A DNA stretch of 63,884 nt, the filler included, from Lenisia limosa (taxonomy: Eukaryota > Protista > Breviatea), in the NCBI GenBank assembly GCA_001655205.1. It is 17 parts of 17 records of this genome, joined end to end, with 100 filler letters (N's around TTAATTAATTAA, not from the genome) between each part and the next. Parts side by side here need not be neighbours in the genome. Positions count along the whole stretch, not along the records: positions 38,938 to 42,520 come from LPNZ01006662.1; positions 42,621 to 54,631 come from LPNZ01007912.1; 15 more parts are not named here. One strand, given 5' to 3'. This document shows, piece by piece, positions 39,420 through 53,040 of this stretch. Every line of letters begins with the position of its first letter. Within the stretch, counting starts at the first letter, position 1. The notes below the pieces were generated by a model. That model ran no database searches. It worked only from the letters and a program-made list of their open reading frames with translations, and was not told the DNA's origin. A program made the position numbers and the translations under genes.

Positions 39420-42400
39420 CAGAAGACGTGGAGGGGGCTTCACTACCCAAGGCTGAAGCGTGGAAGTGGTCCAATCGTTCTGCGGAAGTGACAGGGACAA
39501 TAAAAACAATACTCTCCCAATGTCATTGTCGATGAAGAAGTGACAGAGACAATGCGAATATCATAATACCTGTCACATGATACTATCAATCTCATCACTT
39601 GTAGAAATGAGAAATAAAACAAGTGGTGTTTGGGCGAAGCCATCCACTCCAGAATCAGAATCTACGGAGAACTTCGCCACCCTCAAATCTCAAGTTTATT
39701 CCCAAATCTTTATTCCAACCTTCATGGGGTGTGGGGGCTTGTGCCGCTTCTTGCACCGTTTGGGGGCTCATAACAACAACAGGTGCATCCTTAATTGTGA
39801 AGGGATTAATGCTTATTGGAAAGGGGTAGGTAATTTCAATCTTCGCAGTCCCCCCCAGAAAAAAAAGGTTGCATCTGGCCGAAGCCGTCCACACCATCTT
39901 GCTTATAAGAGATATTGGATAGTATTATATATTAATTCACCCAATCATTTGCCTTACAACTCTATGCACACAGCTTTCTGGGTGCCTCCCCCTAAGGCTT
40001 AACTCCAACCCAAAAAATGACTGAATTTCTCGATAAATCATCGATATATTTCGATAGTTTACCGATCTTTTCGCACCCCCCCCCATGTTCCCCTTGATTT
40101 ATTTAATATATTTTCTTGTCCCCAAAAACAAAACCACNNNNNNNNNNNNNNNNNNNNNNNNNNNNNNNNNNNNNNNNNNNNNNNNNNNNNNNNNNNNNNN
40201 NNNNNNNNNNNNNNNNNNNNNNNNNNNNNNNNNNNNNNNNNNNNNNNNNNNNNNNNNNNNNNNNNNNNNNNNNNNNNNNNNNNNNNNNNNNNNNNNNNNN
40301 NCGAGAGTAAATCGAGAAAATTGATGAAACAAACAAAAGCCCAAAAAAGCAGGACCAATAACCAAAGACACTGGAGCAATAAGCGATTGGCATACCCATC
40401 ACGATGGAGATAGCCGTAGTTGGGGTTGTTGTTTAGATTTCGTAGGGAGCCTCGTGTGGGCGATGGAAGGGGGTTGGGTTCGTCTGAGGGGTAAAATTGA
40501 AAATGTTGTCAAACAAAAACCCAAATTTACCAGACAATATATTTGATATGAAACAGAGAAACCCAAATTTACCAGACAATATATTTGATATGAAACAAAG
40601 AAACCTGACAATGATAAGAAACAAAAAAAACCCAAATTCACCTGACAGTATATTTAATATGAAACAGAGAAAAACCCCATTACCAATTCAGCCCCCCCCC
40701 CCCCACCATTTGATTCCCCTTGGTTTGCAGGAAGGGAGTTAGAAGAGAGGTCATGTGCTATGATTCCGCCTTGATCTAAAACGGTAAATTCACCTCAAAA
40801 GTTAAGCCTCTCTTCTGCTCCAAATAATCTCAAAATCAAGAAATGCCATCACAGAGAAAAACTATTCACTAGGGAAACAAATCAGATTGCCCGGCGCAAA
40901 AAAAAAAACAGAGGCAATTCATTCGATTGGCCGGAGCAAAAGCACCTAATTCCCCACCACTGCTTTCAGGCGCAGACAAATTGCTGGATTGGCCTCTTTC
41001 TTCAGGAACATGGGGGTCCGCGACGTCACGATTCTCAACAGTCGGCACGGGGTCACTGTCAGAAGTGATAATGTCGGAAACAACCAGATCAGTTGGCGAT
41101 GCGGCCGGGGTGATGTTCCGGGTGGTAAGGGTACTAAAAGGCTCGTCTTGATCGGTTTGATCGGTTTGATCATTTTCGTTAGTTTGATCATTTAGATCAT
41201 TTAGATCGGAGGTGGATGCTTGCAGACTGTCAGAAGAACGGTTAGCAGCCGGACTCAGCATTCCCGAGGTCCGACGGTTCAGTTCTGGGGGAGGAGGGTT
41301 ATGTGGGGGAAGAGTTTATGGTTATGTATTGTTTTTTCCCTTCATTGATTTCCCTAGTGTTTTATTAAAAAGCTCTCAAAGAAGAGGCGCCTCAATCTCC
41401 CACCTTCCAGCTCAGAGTGGCCTGATGGGCCCTAAAATGTCAACAACGAGATGGAAATGTGTGGAGTTCAGGAACTAATTTGTATAGATGAGAAATAAAA
41501 CAAGGTGATATCTGGCAGAAGCCGTCCCATCACGCTTATCAGAGGTATTGGATGGAGGATATGGATTCACCCAGTGTTTTGAAGTCTTTTGAGAATGGAA
41601 GAATTGGCAGGATATGATAGTATTCAGACATCATATCATATGCATACAGCTTGTATTATGTTTGAAGCCCCTTCTGATATTTTTCATTCTTATTCAGAGA
41701 ATGATATTATCTGATGAAATCTCAAAAATAATCCTGGGGGTACCTTGAGTCTTGCAGCGGCTTGAACGGCAGTGACGGCAACGCGAGTGGGTGAGGGCTG
41801 TTAATGTTAAAGGTGACAATGCTGACGATAATGATGTTCATGTTAATATTAATGTTAATGATGCTAATGTTATAATGGGTGATGATTTAACGTCAATGAT
41901 GTTAATGCTAATGATGATGGTGGCGGTGTTAATGATGATGATGGGTGGATGAAGGTTGTTACAGTCAGTGTAGTGTAATATCCTATGCATTGTCAATGTC
42001 AATTAAGAATGGCTGTTAATGGGTTTTTAGTTTGGTTTTCAAGCACATTAAATTCAATTGCCACTAAGAAAAGCAAACCTCAACCTCCCATTCGTAGTTG
42101 TCGTCTTGCACTGTAAAGATTAGAAAAACCAGGAGGGAGAATTGAATCACAACCCAAGGGTTTCCCTGTTATCCCAAAAAAACTCTGGAAAAAAACCCAA
42201 TANNNNNNNNNNNNNNNNNNNNNNNNNNNNNNNNNNNNNNNNNNNNNNNNNNNNNNNNNNNNNNNNNNNNNNNNNNNNNNNNNNNNNNNNCGATAGATAT
42301 TGTACTGGTCTTTTTCAGACCGAAGGAAGGCCAAACATCACATTTCACTCTTATCATCGTCACCGTCACCATCACCATCACCATCATTGTCATCACCATC

Positions 42401-42492
42401 ATAATCATCATCAACAACAACACCACCCGGGGCCTACTTTGCGGTTGCATGTCTTCCTCATCAATCTCTGTAGCCATTTCAAGGTATCTGAA
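39420..42492 (-). CDS. Low-complexity multi-exon protein with a possible IQ-like motif (partial)
   Basis: Exons read MATEIDEEDMQPQSRPR, RVAVTAVQAAARLK|AHQATLSWK, a long acidic exon (40.93-41.29 kb) with 9-bp DQT/NDL repeats, and DAPVVVMSPQTVQE. Confidence 0.45.
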
Positions 42493-44304
42493 GGGGGTTA
42501 AAAACTACGGGGGGGGGGGGNNNNNNNNNNNNNNNNNNNNNNNNNNNNNNNNNNNNNNNNNNNNTTAATTAATTAANNNNNNNNNNNNNNNNNNNNNNNN
42601 NNNNNNNNNNNNNNNNNNNNAAATGGAAAGCCCCACAAACCCAGTTAAAAGAATGAGGGAGGGCATACAACAAGTAACAAGGTGACAAATGAAAACTGAC
42701 AACCATGCAAGCTGCTCAGGATGACGCCCCATCCCCTTCAAGCCCCCTCTGCACCGAAAACACATACTTAGAAAGGATGCGCAATTGGTTTGACCATTGA
42801 CCAATCTTATTTGACTTTTGTTAAGCTACCTTGATATGTGATACACATGCCATACTCATTAGTCGAGAATTGAGCGCTGAGTTTGTTTCCAGGGGTCTTT
42901 GCTGAAACCGGTCATATGATGTAACCTAACACAGATCATGGAAGCCAACCTTCCTCAAGAACATACCCATGATGCACATGGCCACTGCATGAATTTCAAA
43001 CCGCTACAAGTAACATTGTCACATACCATGAATTGATACGCCCATGGAATGATTCACAGTAATTGTTGTAGATTGGTACCAATTTGAAGGGAGGGAGGAG
43101 GAGGGTATGGTGTTGAGAATAGAAGATGCGGACCANNNNNNNNNNNNNNNNNNNNNNNNNNNNNNNNNNNNNNNNNNNNNNNNNNNNNNNNNNNNNNNNN
43201 NNNNNNNNNNNNNNNNNNNNNNNNNNNNNNNNNNNNNNNNNNNNNNNNNNNNNNNNNNNNNNNNNNNNNNNNNNNNNNNNNNNNAGATATATAGATATAT
43301 ATACTATATATATATAGATATATATCATAATATACTATCACTAATATATATTATATTACTTTATGGATTATTTTCACTGATACCATTCCTCATATCTACT
43401 CTGATACATCTTCATTCATCTCATATGATCATATTACTAGTGGATATTTGGTAACACTTTCATTGAAACACTAACCACTGTAGACAGTATTGTAATAATA
43501 ATCCAGTTTTATACTTATGACATTTACAGTGAGGATCCTGTGGAGGAGATTTATTTACTTTGAAGTTTCAACTTTTTGTTTGTATATTTTTGGTAAGATG
43601 GTAGCTCTTATTCATCGTTGATTTTTATTTTTCACTGTTTAGTCAAATTGCAATACTTGTATTATGTAATATGATATCATATATTATTTACTACTATAGA
43701 TATATCATATTATATCGACTTAACCTTTTGCCCAATATGATATAATCTTTGATGAATACTTTTGAATTGTAACGTCGTCGTATGATCCATGTATGATCTT
43801 CAATTATATTCATGGCTGATGCGTTTAGAAGAAAGGAGATCAGTGGATCAATCCTGATGACGTTTTCTTTGCAGCAACAATGAAGCAGTTGCACTATTCA
43901 TCTATTGTTTTTTTCTATTTTTCTGTTCGGATTGTGTTATTATCCCCGCTTCTGAACCGATTCACTTCAGTATCGGAGGAGGGTCCCCACCTCCTAGCAT
44001 ACAATCATATTCCTGAGTTGAAACAAGTTGTATCATCAGATCAGAGGCACATACATACTGAGCACCTGAGCACTACATAAAAATAAAAATATATAAGTAT
44101 ATATAAGTATATATAAGTATATAATATCATATCAACATATGGCCCTCCATGCCATAAAAAGTAAAAAAGAACCTGAGACAATTATTGGACCGAGGGGCCC
44201 CCATGTCTGAAAGCCTATTAAAACGTAGAAAATTGTTGAGTTTTATTGAGAAAGAGATAGATAGATAGATATTACATTAGATAGAGCATTCAGAAAGAAA
44301 AACA

Positions 44305-47300
44305 ATGTCACAAGGAGGCAGCGCGGAAGATGCGATGTGGGACTGTCTTTCCAGATTCAACGCCCAACAGCCTCCCCTACAGCCCCAACCCGTGAATACT
44401 CAACCTAGTCAACCATTAGATCATGTAATTCAGCCGAACGGAGATAACACCGTCCCCCCTGCGAGCAATGCCCACGGTGATCAGTCAACCAACGGGGAAA
44501 CTGCAAGTGGAGAGGTTTGATAGGGAGGAAGCACAGAATGTGATGTTCTTGATACCATTTTTGAGAATAGACATCCCTTTTTGAGTTGACTGACGCTCCC
44601 TTTTTTCTTCCTTTTTAAGGATCCGCGCTTTTCTTTATGACTGCTTTCCTCACATTCTTGCAGTAGTATCATAGTGTGTCTGAAAATAACCAGTTTTTCA
44701 TCCTTAAGTCATTTAATTCATATGTATGCTTTGAATCTTGGGTATTATATGATGCATTGCAGCGCCGCTAGCCCTAGATGAAAATCTACGTTAATTATTC
44801 GTCTTTTGAAAAGTACATAGCGCCAGTGTTTTAAATCATCGAAGTATCCCTCCTTCAAGCATGTTTCCCTCTGCATTTTTCAAGTATTTGTTTGTTTGTT
44901 TGTTCAATGGTTACCCCCCCCCCCAGGCGCCAGCTCTCAAACCTGAAACAACCGAGCCTGAAAGCCTGGGAGAAACCTGGCCAGAGATCAGACCGACAAA
45001 TTTGACAGGCACGCTGATTGAAGGTCTTGAGAAACAGGTGAGAGGGATCCCTTTATTCTTTTAAATGATTGATATATTCTCTGAAAACCATCGATTGATA
45101 CGACCTATTCATCGCATGTTATATGTAGATAAAGCAAATATCTGACGTCCCATCATGTTTATATGTTCTATTTAAAAAAGGTGTTCTGTACACGTCAGGT
45201 TTTAACTACACTCGCAGCCCCCGACACAGGCCATGCCCACTGCAGGCGTTGTACCCCCTCAGCAGCAACAACAGCCCCAGGTGTGTTGTTTTTACTTTTT
45301 GTAATCCAATCTTTTCATTTCCAACCTAGCTTCGAAATATGCATTCCTTTAAGTAAAGTTGTTGATATGAATGAGTTGTGCAAAGGTCGTCTCATCCTCT
45401 TGGTGACAATTTCAGCAGCCCCCAGCACAGTCTATGCCCCGTGTTACAGCACCTCAACAACAACAGGTAAACACGGGCTGGAGGAGGAATGTACAGCTTG
45501 AGAATCTCATGTAAACTTATGATATTGTATTATTGAGATTACATTGCGTTCAATTTTCATAACAAATCGCGAAGAAGAATATTACCCTTTGAACAAATGC
45601 ATCATTCTTCCTCACTATCAGCCCCGGGCACAGTCCATGCCCCCAACATCAATAGCTCAACAACAGCAACAACAGCAGGTAAGCTTGCAGCTTTACCAGC
45701 ACGCTAAAACGAAGTATACTTGTTTTTGGCTAACTCATCAATGACTTTTAATAGAATAATGGCTTCCTTGATAATTATATTTTGTTCATTTCTTTGTGTA
45801 CGCTATCTTGGCGATACTCAATCACTTGTACACAAAGTGAATAACATATTTAGCAGCCCTCCGTACAGTCTATGCCTCCCGCCGCCTCCATGTCTCAACA
45901 ACAACAGGTAAATTACTACCCCTCCTTTTCTGGGCATTCAATAATGCACCTATATATCGTATCATATGATATAGTAATATATATCATGTGTGTGAATTAA
46001 AAAACACCACAGAAATTGGTTGATTGAAGAACTCGGTTTGACCTTGTTTTCATACGTACATATGATATTTTGCTTATTACATATAATGACTGAAGCCGTT
46101 CTCACAAATACCCATACTATATGTATACATTGACTGTTTCAGCAGCCTCCCGTACAGTCAATGCCCCTTACTGCTTCCATGCCTCTTCAACAACAGGTAT
46201 GACTTGCTGTTTTATTATAATAATGTGCAGTATATTATAACATCTCTATTTGCTACTTAACCTAAAAATCAGTTGATTTTTAATATTTTGGCTTATTTCA
46301 AATGACAAAATACCGATATGAAACGTCGTTTACTATTACAGCAGCCGCCCGCTGCCTCTATGCCGCCCGCTACCTCTATGCCGCCTGCTACCTCTATGCC
46401 GCCCGCTGCCTCTATGCCGCCCGCTACCTCTATGCCTCCCGCTACATCTNNNNNNNNNNNNNNNNNNNNNNNNNNNNNNNNNNNNNNNNNNNNNNNNNNN
46501 NNNNNNCGCCTGCTGCCTCTATGCCGCCCGCTACATCTATGCCGCCCGCTACCTCCATGCCGCCCCAGCAGCAACAGCAAATGGTGTGAAGGGCTTGGAA
46601 TATCACAAGGATCGCAAATGTATTGGAAGTTCATTCCCATCAGAGTTGGCTTACAATTCTATGATATCCATCAATACAGCAATTTGACATCTGTATCAGC
46701 CCCCAGTGCAGTCCATGCCCCCAACTACGACAATGCCTCAACAAGTGGGTCACAATCATGATCCACGATCACAGTTGCTTGCTATCTCTTCAATCATTTT
46801 GTTTTGCTTTGTGGGACCAAAGTGTGCCTAAATGATGAGGTCATACTTGTTTCATTTAGTGTAATTGACTCCAGGCCCCGCAGTCATTGTATCCTCAAGC
46901 TGTTCAGCCTCCTTCAGACACGCAAGTACCGCAACAAAACCTTGTACAGCAGCAACAATCACGTATTCAGCAGCAACAGCAGCAGCAACAGCCGCAGCAG
47001 CATCCACAGGTACAGCAGCAGCAGCATGTACAGCAGCAACAAATGCAACCGTTTGCCCAGATTCAGCCTGTTGTTCAACCTCTGGTGCGTGGGGGGGGGG
47101 TAATCAATTAAAGTGGTTGTCTTGGGGTATATCATTACAAATTCTAAATCTCTACACCATGATATGTGTTGAGAGCTTTCAGTGTTTAACTATGTAGCAG
47201 CCACCGGCACAGTCCATGCCCCCTCAGCAGCAACAGCAACAAATGGTGTGGAGGGGAATTCTGGGTGGTATGAAAATCAATTGTGTATTCTATTTGAGGA

Positions 47301-50300
47301 TTTATGGTAGAATCCGGATATGACGTTTGATGTAACAATTAAAGCCTCCCACACAATCCATGCCCCTTGCTAACGTGTCCCCTCAACAACAAATGGTAAT
47401 TTTCATGTCTCTTGTCCCCCAATCTCCATCAATTCTTTTCGTTTCATGCACTATCATGTGTATAAATAATATATTTCGTATGATATATGTGTCTATTTTC
47501 TATTAGAAGCTGTAATCTAACTTCATTATCATTCCACCAGACCCCCGCACAGTCCATGCCCCCTGCTACCTCCATGCCTCCTCAACAACAGCAAGAAGTA
47601 TGGGGGTACCCATTATGAACACGTGTGATTCAGACTTTAATAACATCAATAATGCCACTCTATGGTCCTTTTCATTGATGTCACTGACTGTCCCAAGCCG
47701 GCTGCCCCTCAAATGAACCGTCAACCACAGAATGTTCCTCCACAACAGGTCTTCTATTGTTTTTTGTTTTTGTTTTTGTTTCTACAATGGCTTCTGTTGT
47801 AAACTTTTTATTTTTCATTCATTTACTGGTAAATGTTATTCTTGTATAATCATTGATATTGTTGACACATACCATGTTTACTCTTTTTTCATACTTATAG
47901 TTGCCACAACAAGTTCAATATGACCCCCAACCAAGACAGGTATGCAACTGTTTATGAAAATGCCTATGGAATTTAATTGTACATGATTGGAATACATCTA
48001 ACAATGAGTATGAACAATTTTGACCAGTTTTTTACTCCCCAGCAGCCCCCCGCACAGTCCATGCACCCTGCCGCCTCCATGCCTCCTCAACAGCAGGTAT
48101 GAATGAAAGCAGCTGGAATCTTAATAAACAACAGCTATCGTAGCCGAAATGAAACTGTTTTACCCAACTTTACTGATGTAGCAGCCACCCGCACAGTCCA
48201 TGCCCCCTCAACAGCAGCAAAGGGTCTGATTTGGTGATACATACGCTACTTATTCCATCACCCTGAAATTCTCAATTTACCAATATTTAGCCCCCATCAC
48301 AGTCTTTGCCACCTAGTACCTCTATGCCCCCTCAACAACGCCAGGTTTGATATTCTATCTTCATCTTTGCTTCTATTGCATATCAATGTCAAACTGGATA
48401 AATGAGTATAACCACTGCAGCCCTCAGCAATGCCACCAGTTGGGCCGTACGGGAGTGTTCCTAATATGGTAAGTGGGCTTGGTGGTGTCCAATATTTGTC
48501 CTCTAAACGTACATGTATACATATCATCCCATGAGGTTGAATTTAGAACTTATAATTGACAGAATGCGAAAAAGATAATAAAAATGGGGGCAATCTTAAC
48601 CGTGTAATGCCAATAATGAATGCTCACAGGGCCCATCCGCTCAGAGGCCTAGTTCTCAGCCATCTTACCCTCAAGGAGCCCCATCCCAAGGTATACTGTA
48701 TAAAGAAACCCTTTTTTCATTTTGGGGGGTTGGCACTTGCTTCGAAGGGAGGGGGTGGGCACTTGTTTAAAATGTTTATACCACATTTAAAGTATGTACA
48801 AATATCATATACATATATATCACCAAATACCCCACTTAGCGTTTCAACTCCTCTGTGTTTCGCAAACGTTTAGCCAACAGAGCTGACTGTAGTATTTTTA
48901 CCCCCCCTCNNNNNNNNNNNNNNNNNNNNNNNNNNNNNNNNNNNNNNNNNNNNNNNNNNNNNNNNNNNNNNNNNNNNNNNNNNNNNNNNNNNNNNNNNNN
49001 NNNNNNNNNNNNNNNNNNNNNNNNNNCGAGCCGAATATGTCACAGTTACCACAACAATCACAGGCCAATCAGCCACTTGCCTCGCCTAATCAGGTAGCTT
49101 TTCATAGACTAACGTACAGTAATCCATCATTGGTGTTACCATTTTGTGTTACATTTTGAGCATAAATAAGTGATGATGATGGTACCACATAATTTTCCAA
49201 TACTATTTGGATTAACTTGCATCATATTCTGCATAACTGTGACCTAATGTTCTGTCTTGCTGAGATTGGGAACTAGGGACATCACGTAATGTTATGTTTT
49301 TATCTGCTCTGTCTTCATGGTTACCATTACCCACCACAGCAGCCGACCACTTCTATGCTGCCTAATGAACCTCGTCACCAAGCATACCCATCTCAACCGT
49401 AGGGGGGGGGGGGNNNNNNNNNNNNNNNNNNNNNNNNNNNNNNNNNNNNNNNNNNNNNNNNNNNNNNNNNNNNNNNNNNNNNNNNNNNNNNNNNNNTCTT
49501 TTTGTTCTATATAAAATAACTGGTTTTCCCTCTTATTTCAACATGATATGTTGTCACCCTTCCAGTCCACCGAACACTCGCGACCCTCGCTACCAAGTGA
49601 GATGATTGGGTGTTGTTGCGATGTCTTTCTAGTTGCAGTACAGAGCAAACGGTTTCACGAATGCATAAACTCTCCCTTAATAAACCCATTTCATCGCCAC
49701 ACCTCGCGAGCGCCAACATTGAACAAAGGAGTTCAAATTCGTATATCATAAAACGTGATTGTATTGATGTATTCAGCAGCAGCAACCGCAGCAACCTTAC
49801 GGACAGTATCAGCCCCAGACCCAGCCATACGTAAGAACTGGCAATGTTGTTTTCACCATATATCCCTCTATTTCATCTTTTTCATTAGTAGCATTGATAT
49901 GATAGAACTTTTTACTTTTCAGCGGCCGGTGCCTTTACCAGGTCCCGAGGGTCCCCGCCAACCAGGTACCCCTAGCCAATACCCGGCATCCCAGGGAAAT
50001 GTGCAAAGGTGGGGCCCAACATGCTGACTTTTTTTTTTAGAATTTCTATTCTTATTTATTTTCTGACAATCATGGGGAAATGCCACTTTTATTCATTATA
50101 CGTATCTCATACGATATAGTATACATATATAGTACTAATATATGTATATGTACATAGATATATGATATATATTATACTCTATTTCGTATTTCTACATAGA
50201 GTACAGTTCTATGAGATCACAGAAGCCTTACTTCACCCAGACTGTACCCCGACCAAGGGATGTATAGCCAGCCATCAGGGCCCTCGGGTCCACGCAGCCA

Positions 50301-52191
50301 ACAGCCAAATGGTGGGGTGTGATAGGGGATGGAAGTCCACACAATTACGTCATAAAATAGTGTCATGTTTTTTAACAACTGCAGAGCGGCGGCACCAGGG
50401 TGGTCGTGAGCCGGAACGCAGGGGTTGGTTGGATGTCGCCACTATCTACATCTGACTTGTGGAAATATCATTTATATTAACTTTTAACTCATCACATCGT
50501 CTTTTTTTTGTTGACCCTTTCACCTCCGAGGAAAATAGTCCTTACTTCCAAACTTAGGAAGAGATCCGATTCTTTTGGACATGTCACCAGCGCAGCTCGA
50601 GGATATGGCAAATAACTCCGACGATATGGAGCTGATCACTAAGTTGGAGGGATGGTCCTTTACAATGAATGTGTGAGTCCTAACTCAGTTTGGGCATATG
50701 TTGGTAAGATGTTGGAGTAGTTGCGCTTTATTTTTAAAATCTGATTACCACAGCAACCTCCCTTTACCCTTAATGATAGTTGAGATATATTATGCTTGAT
50801 AAAATAACTCAATTTTGCGATTGTTAACTGTGTAATAGCATCTATTATCCCCAATAGATGGTGTCGACGGCTTCGGCCAGATACAACCTGTTTTTATTTC
50901 GCATCTTTGTGATGTTTTTATTACCCAGGGTGTTCCACGAGCTTGAGATTCGCCAGAGGGAATCCACAAGACCTGCGCTGCCCCACCCCCCTCGTCAGGT
51001 TAGAATCGGATAATATAACTTTCTCATTTGAGCTAATTCCAACTTGAACTTACCATTCCAGGGACAAAGACACCGAAGACCGTCTCCCCACCATCAACAA
51101 CATCCCCACCACCCCACTCAGCACCAGGACCACCGTTTACATGACCCACGGATGCAGCAAGTGCGGGGGTGCATCAAAACTTCCCTATGCGTCAATTATG
51201 GATGTAGTAATAAAGTATCCTATTTTCAAAATTCTTACAAAGGCTTTTAATGTCACACTGAGATTCTTCGAGATTTCTGTTTCTTTTTGGAAGGTTCGAA
51301 GCAACATGGTTGTTGCTCTACACTACAAAAAGGCTGTCAAATCCATTCCATCCTGTTGAACAAGTGAATCACATTTTGTGTTGAGCTGTATCCAATTAAC
51401 AGTGCGTTTTCTAACAAAATCAGGGACCCTCCAGTATGTACCCGGGTTCCCAGGGCCGCCATCATCACACGCCAGAACGTGCCAATGGGTTGGACAGGGG
51501 TTCTTCTTGGTCGCTGATTTTATGTAGATGACATGAAATATATGTACTATATAGCAATGAGAAATAAAAAATAAGGTAATGACATGATATAGCTATTTTA
51601 ACATATGGATATGATATTGTGATATAGTGTATTGAATACCGCAAGAATGATGTTCTCTGTACCCCAATTTTTATTAATTACAAGATGTGTGTAATTCTGG
51701 ATCATAGTACTTTTTTATGCTCGGTGATTAAATGTGCATATGTACTGTCAATACTTGAACTTAACCTCGAATAATCAAAACATTTCCCAGTTTTAAACAT
51801 TTAAATTTTTGTACAGAGTGTCACACTTCAGCTCCATCCTCCGCCCCCCGCCACCTCCGACGTTGGTCCCGGCAGACGTGAGGTTTTTGGACAACTGGGC
51901 TGAGGAAACTCTGAAGAAGGTTACCTACACCTCTATTGACATGGCTTTGGTGGAGGTTTGTGGGTACAGCACAACTTACAGAACTCTGAGTGTTCGTTGA
52001 TGGGAAAGCGAAAGGGCTTCACTTTGGTCGGAAAAAGTCCTCGAGAGCGCATACGTATCATATATGATTAAACCCCTCTCCCCACCACAACCACTTTCTT
52101 CTTGAAGAGCAAGATTCCAAACAAACCCGTTTTCACCGTGTCAGGCGGCAGGAAATCAGCTGAACTTCCGAGCAACTGGCCGCATGGCTGA
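44305..52191 (+). CDS. Pro/Gln-rich repeat protein encoded by >30 short exons, with a short non-repetitive C-terminal region
   Basis: ATG at 44305. About 13 related micro-exons encode PPAQSMPP..QQQ. Later exons read RDPILLDMSPAQLEDMANNSDDMELITK|VFHELEIRQRE and VRFLDNWAEETLKKVTYTSIDMALVE. The stop position is uncertain. Confidence 0.75.
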
Positions 52192-52460
52192 CCCTCCCCT
52201 GGTACCACGTATGCTGGTGGCAGGTCAAAAGATTGGGTGAATTATTATGATCTCATCTCTACACATGATGTGCTTTTAGTATTGATGGTTGTTTAATTAT
52301 GATATTATATATATATACTATAATATTTAGACATGATAAAGAACGAAGCGTTCAATAGCCTTGCGTCATAGGCATGTGAAATGATGTACTGTATGGAGCA
52401 CAAACTATACTATTATGGCATAAAAACGGACCAGAATTTCGTGACTCGAGTTCAGATAAA

Positions 52461-53040
52461 ATGACTTTTGACGATACAGTTGAAGGCCCGCGCGTTGCTG
52501 GAGAAAGTGGCATGCTCACTCGGAACCTTGAGATTCTTGCCTCGCATGGTGACAGCAAGGCCGGTGAAGAGCTTAGGTCACGCAAGAGAGACCGTTACTT
52601 CCAAACAGGTAGGATACGTTGTCTGAGCATTCAACGTGTTTTCAGACTCATTGAATTTTTTGAGGAAATTTTTATTCAAATATATTAACAAAATTATCTG
52701 GAAGAGAGTATTGGTCACAATATTGCCCGCTTTTAAGTGCATCAAGTGCTAGTGTTTGAATTTATTTTTGCGGTCTTTCATATTTACAGATCTTCCACCA
52801 TTCTATGAGCGTCGTATTGTTGAAGATCGCGAATTCTTCCTTTGTCATAGGTCGGTAAAAAGTACTGCTGTATAACCTTGCCTTTTTCTACTTGTATTTC
52901 CGTTTTTGGAGTTCATTGAATCTTAGTTGACTGTACAGATATATACTTAATGTTAATTATTAACTTTTTATGTAGTGTATATTTTTTATGTGACCATACA
53001 GCTTACACTGTTGCTGTGATTTCTTATACCAAAATTGACT
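52461..53040 (+). CDS. Small unidentified spliced ORF
   Basis: MTFDDTVEGPRVAGESGMLTRNLEILASHG..RYFQT|DLPPFYERRIVEDREFFLCH, with a phase-compatible GTAGGA..TTACAG intron. Confidence 0.4.

Noticed and set aside
50858-50895. Extra exon MVSTASARYN in the P/Q gene
   Set aside because: It is a reverse copy of repeat family A. The flanking exons join in frame without it (ELITK|VFHEL).
52780-52860. Minus-strand exon PMTKEEFAIFNNTTLIEWWKI
   Set aside because: It is the antisense shadow of a plus-strand exon that has good, phase-compatible splice sites.
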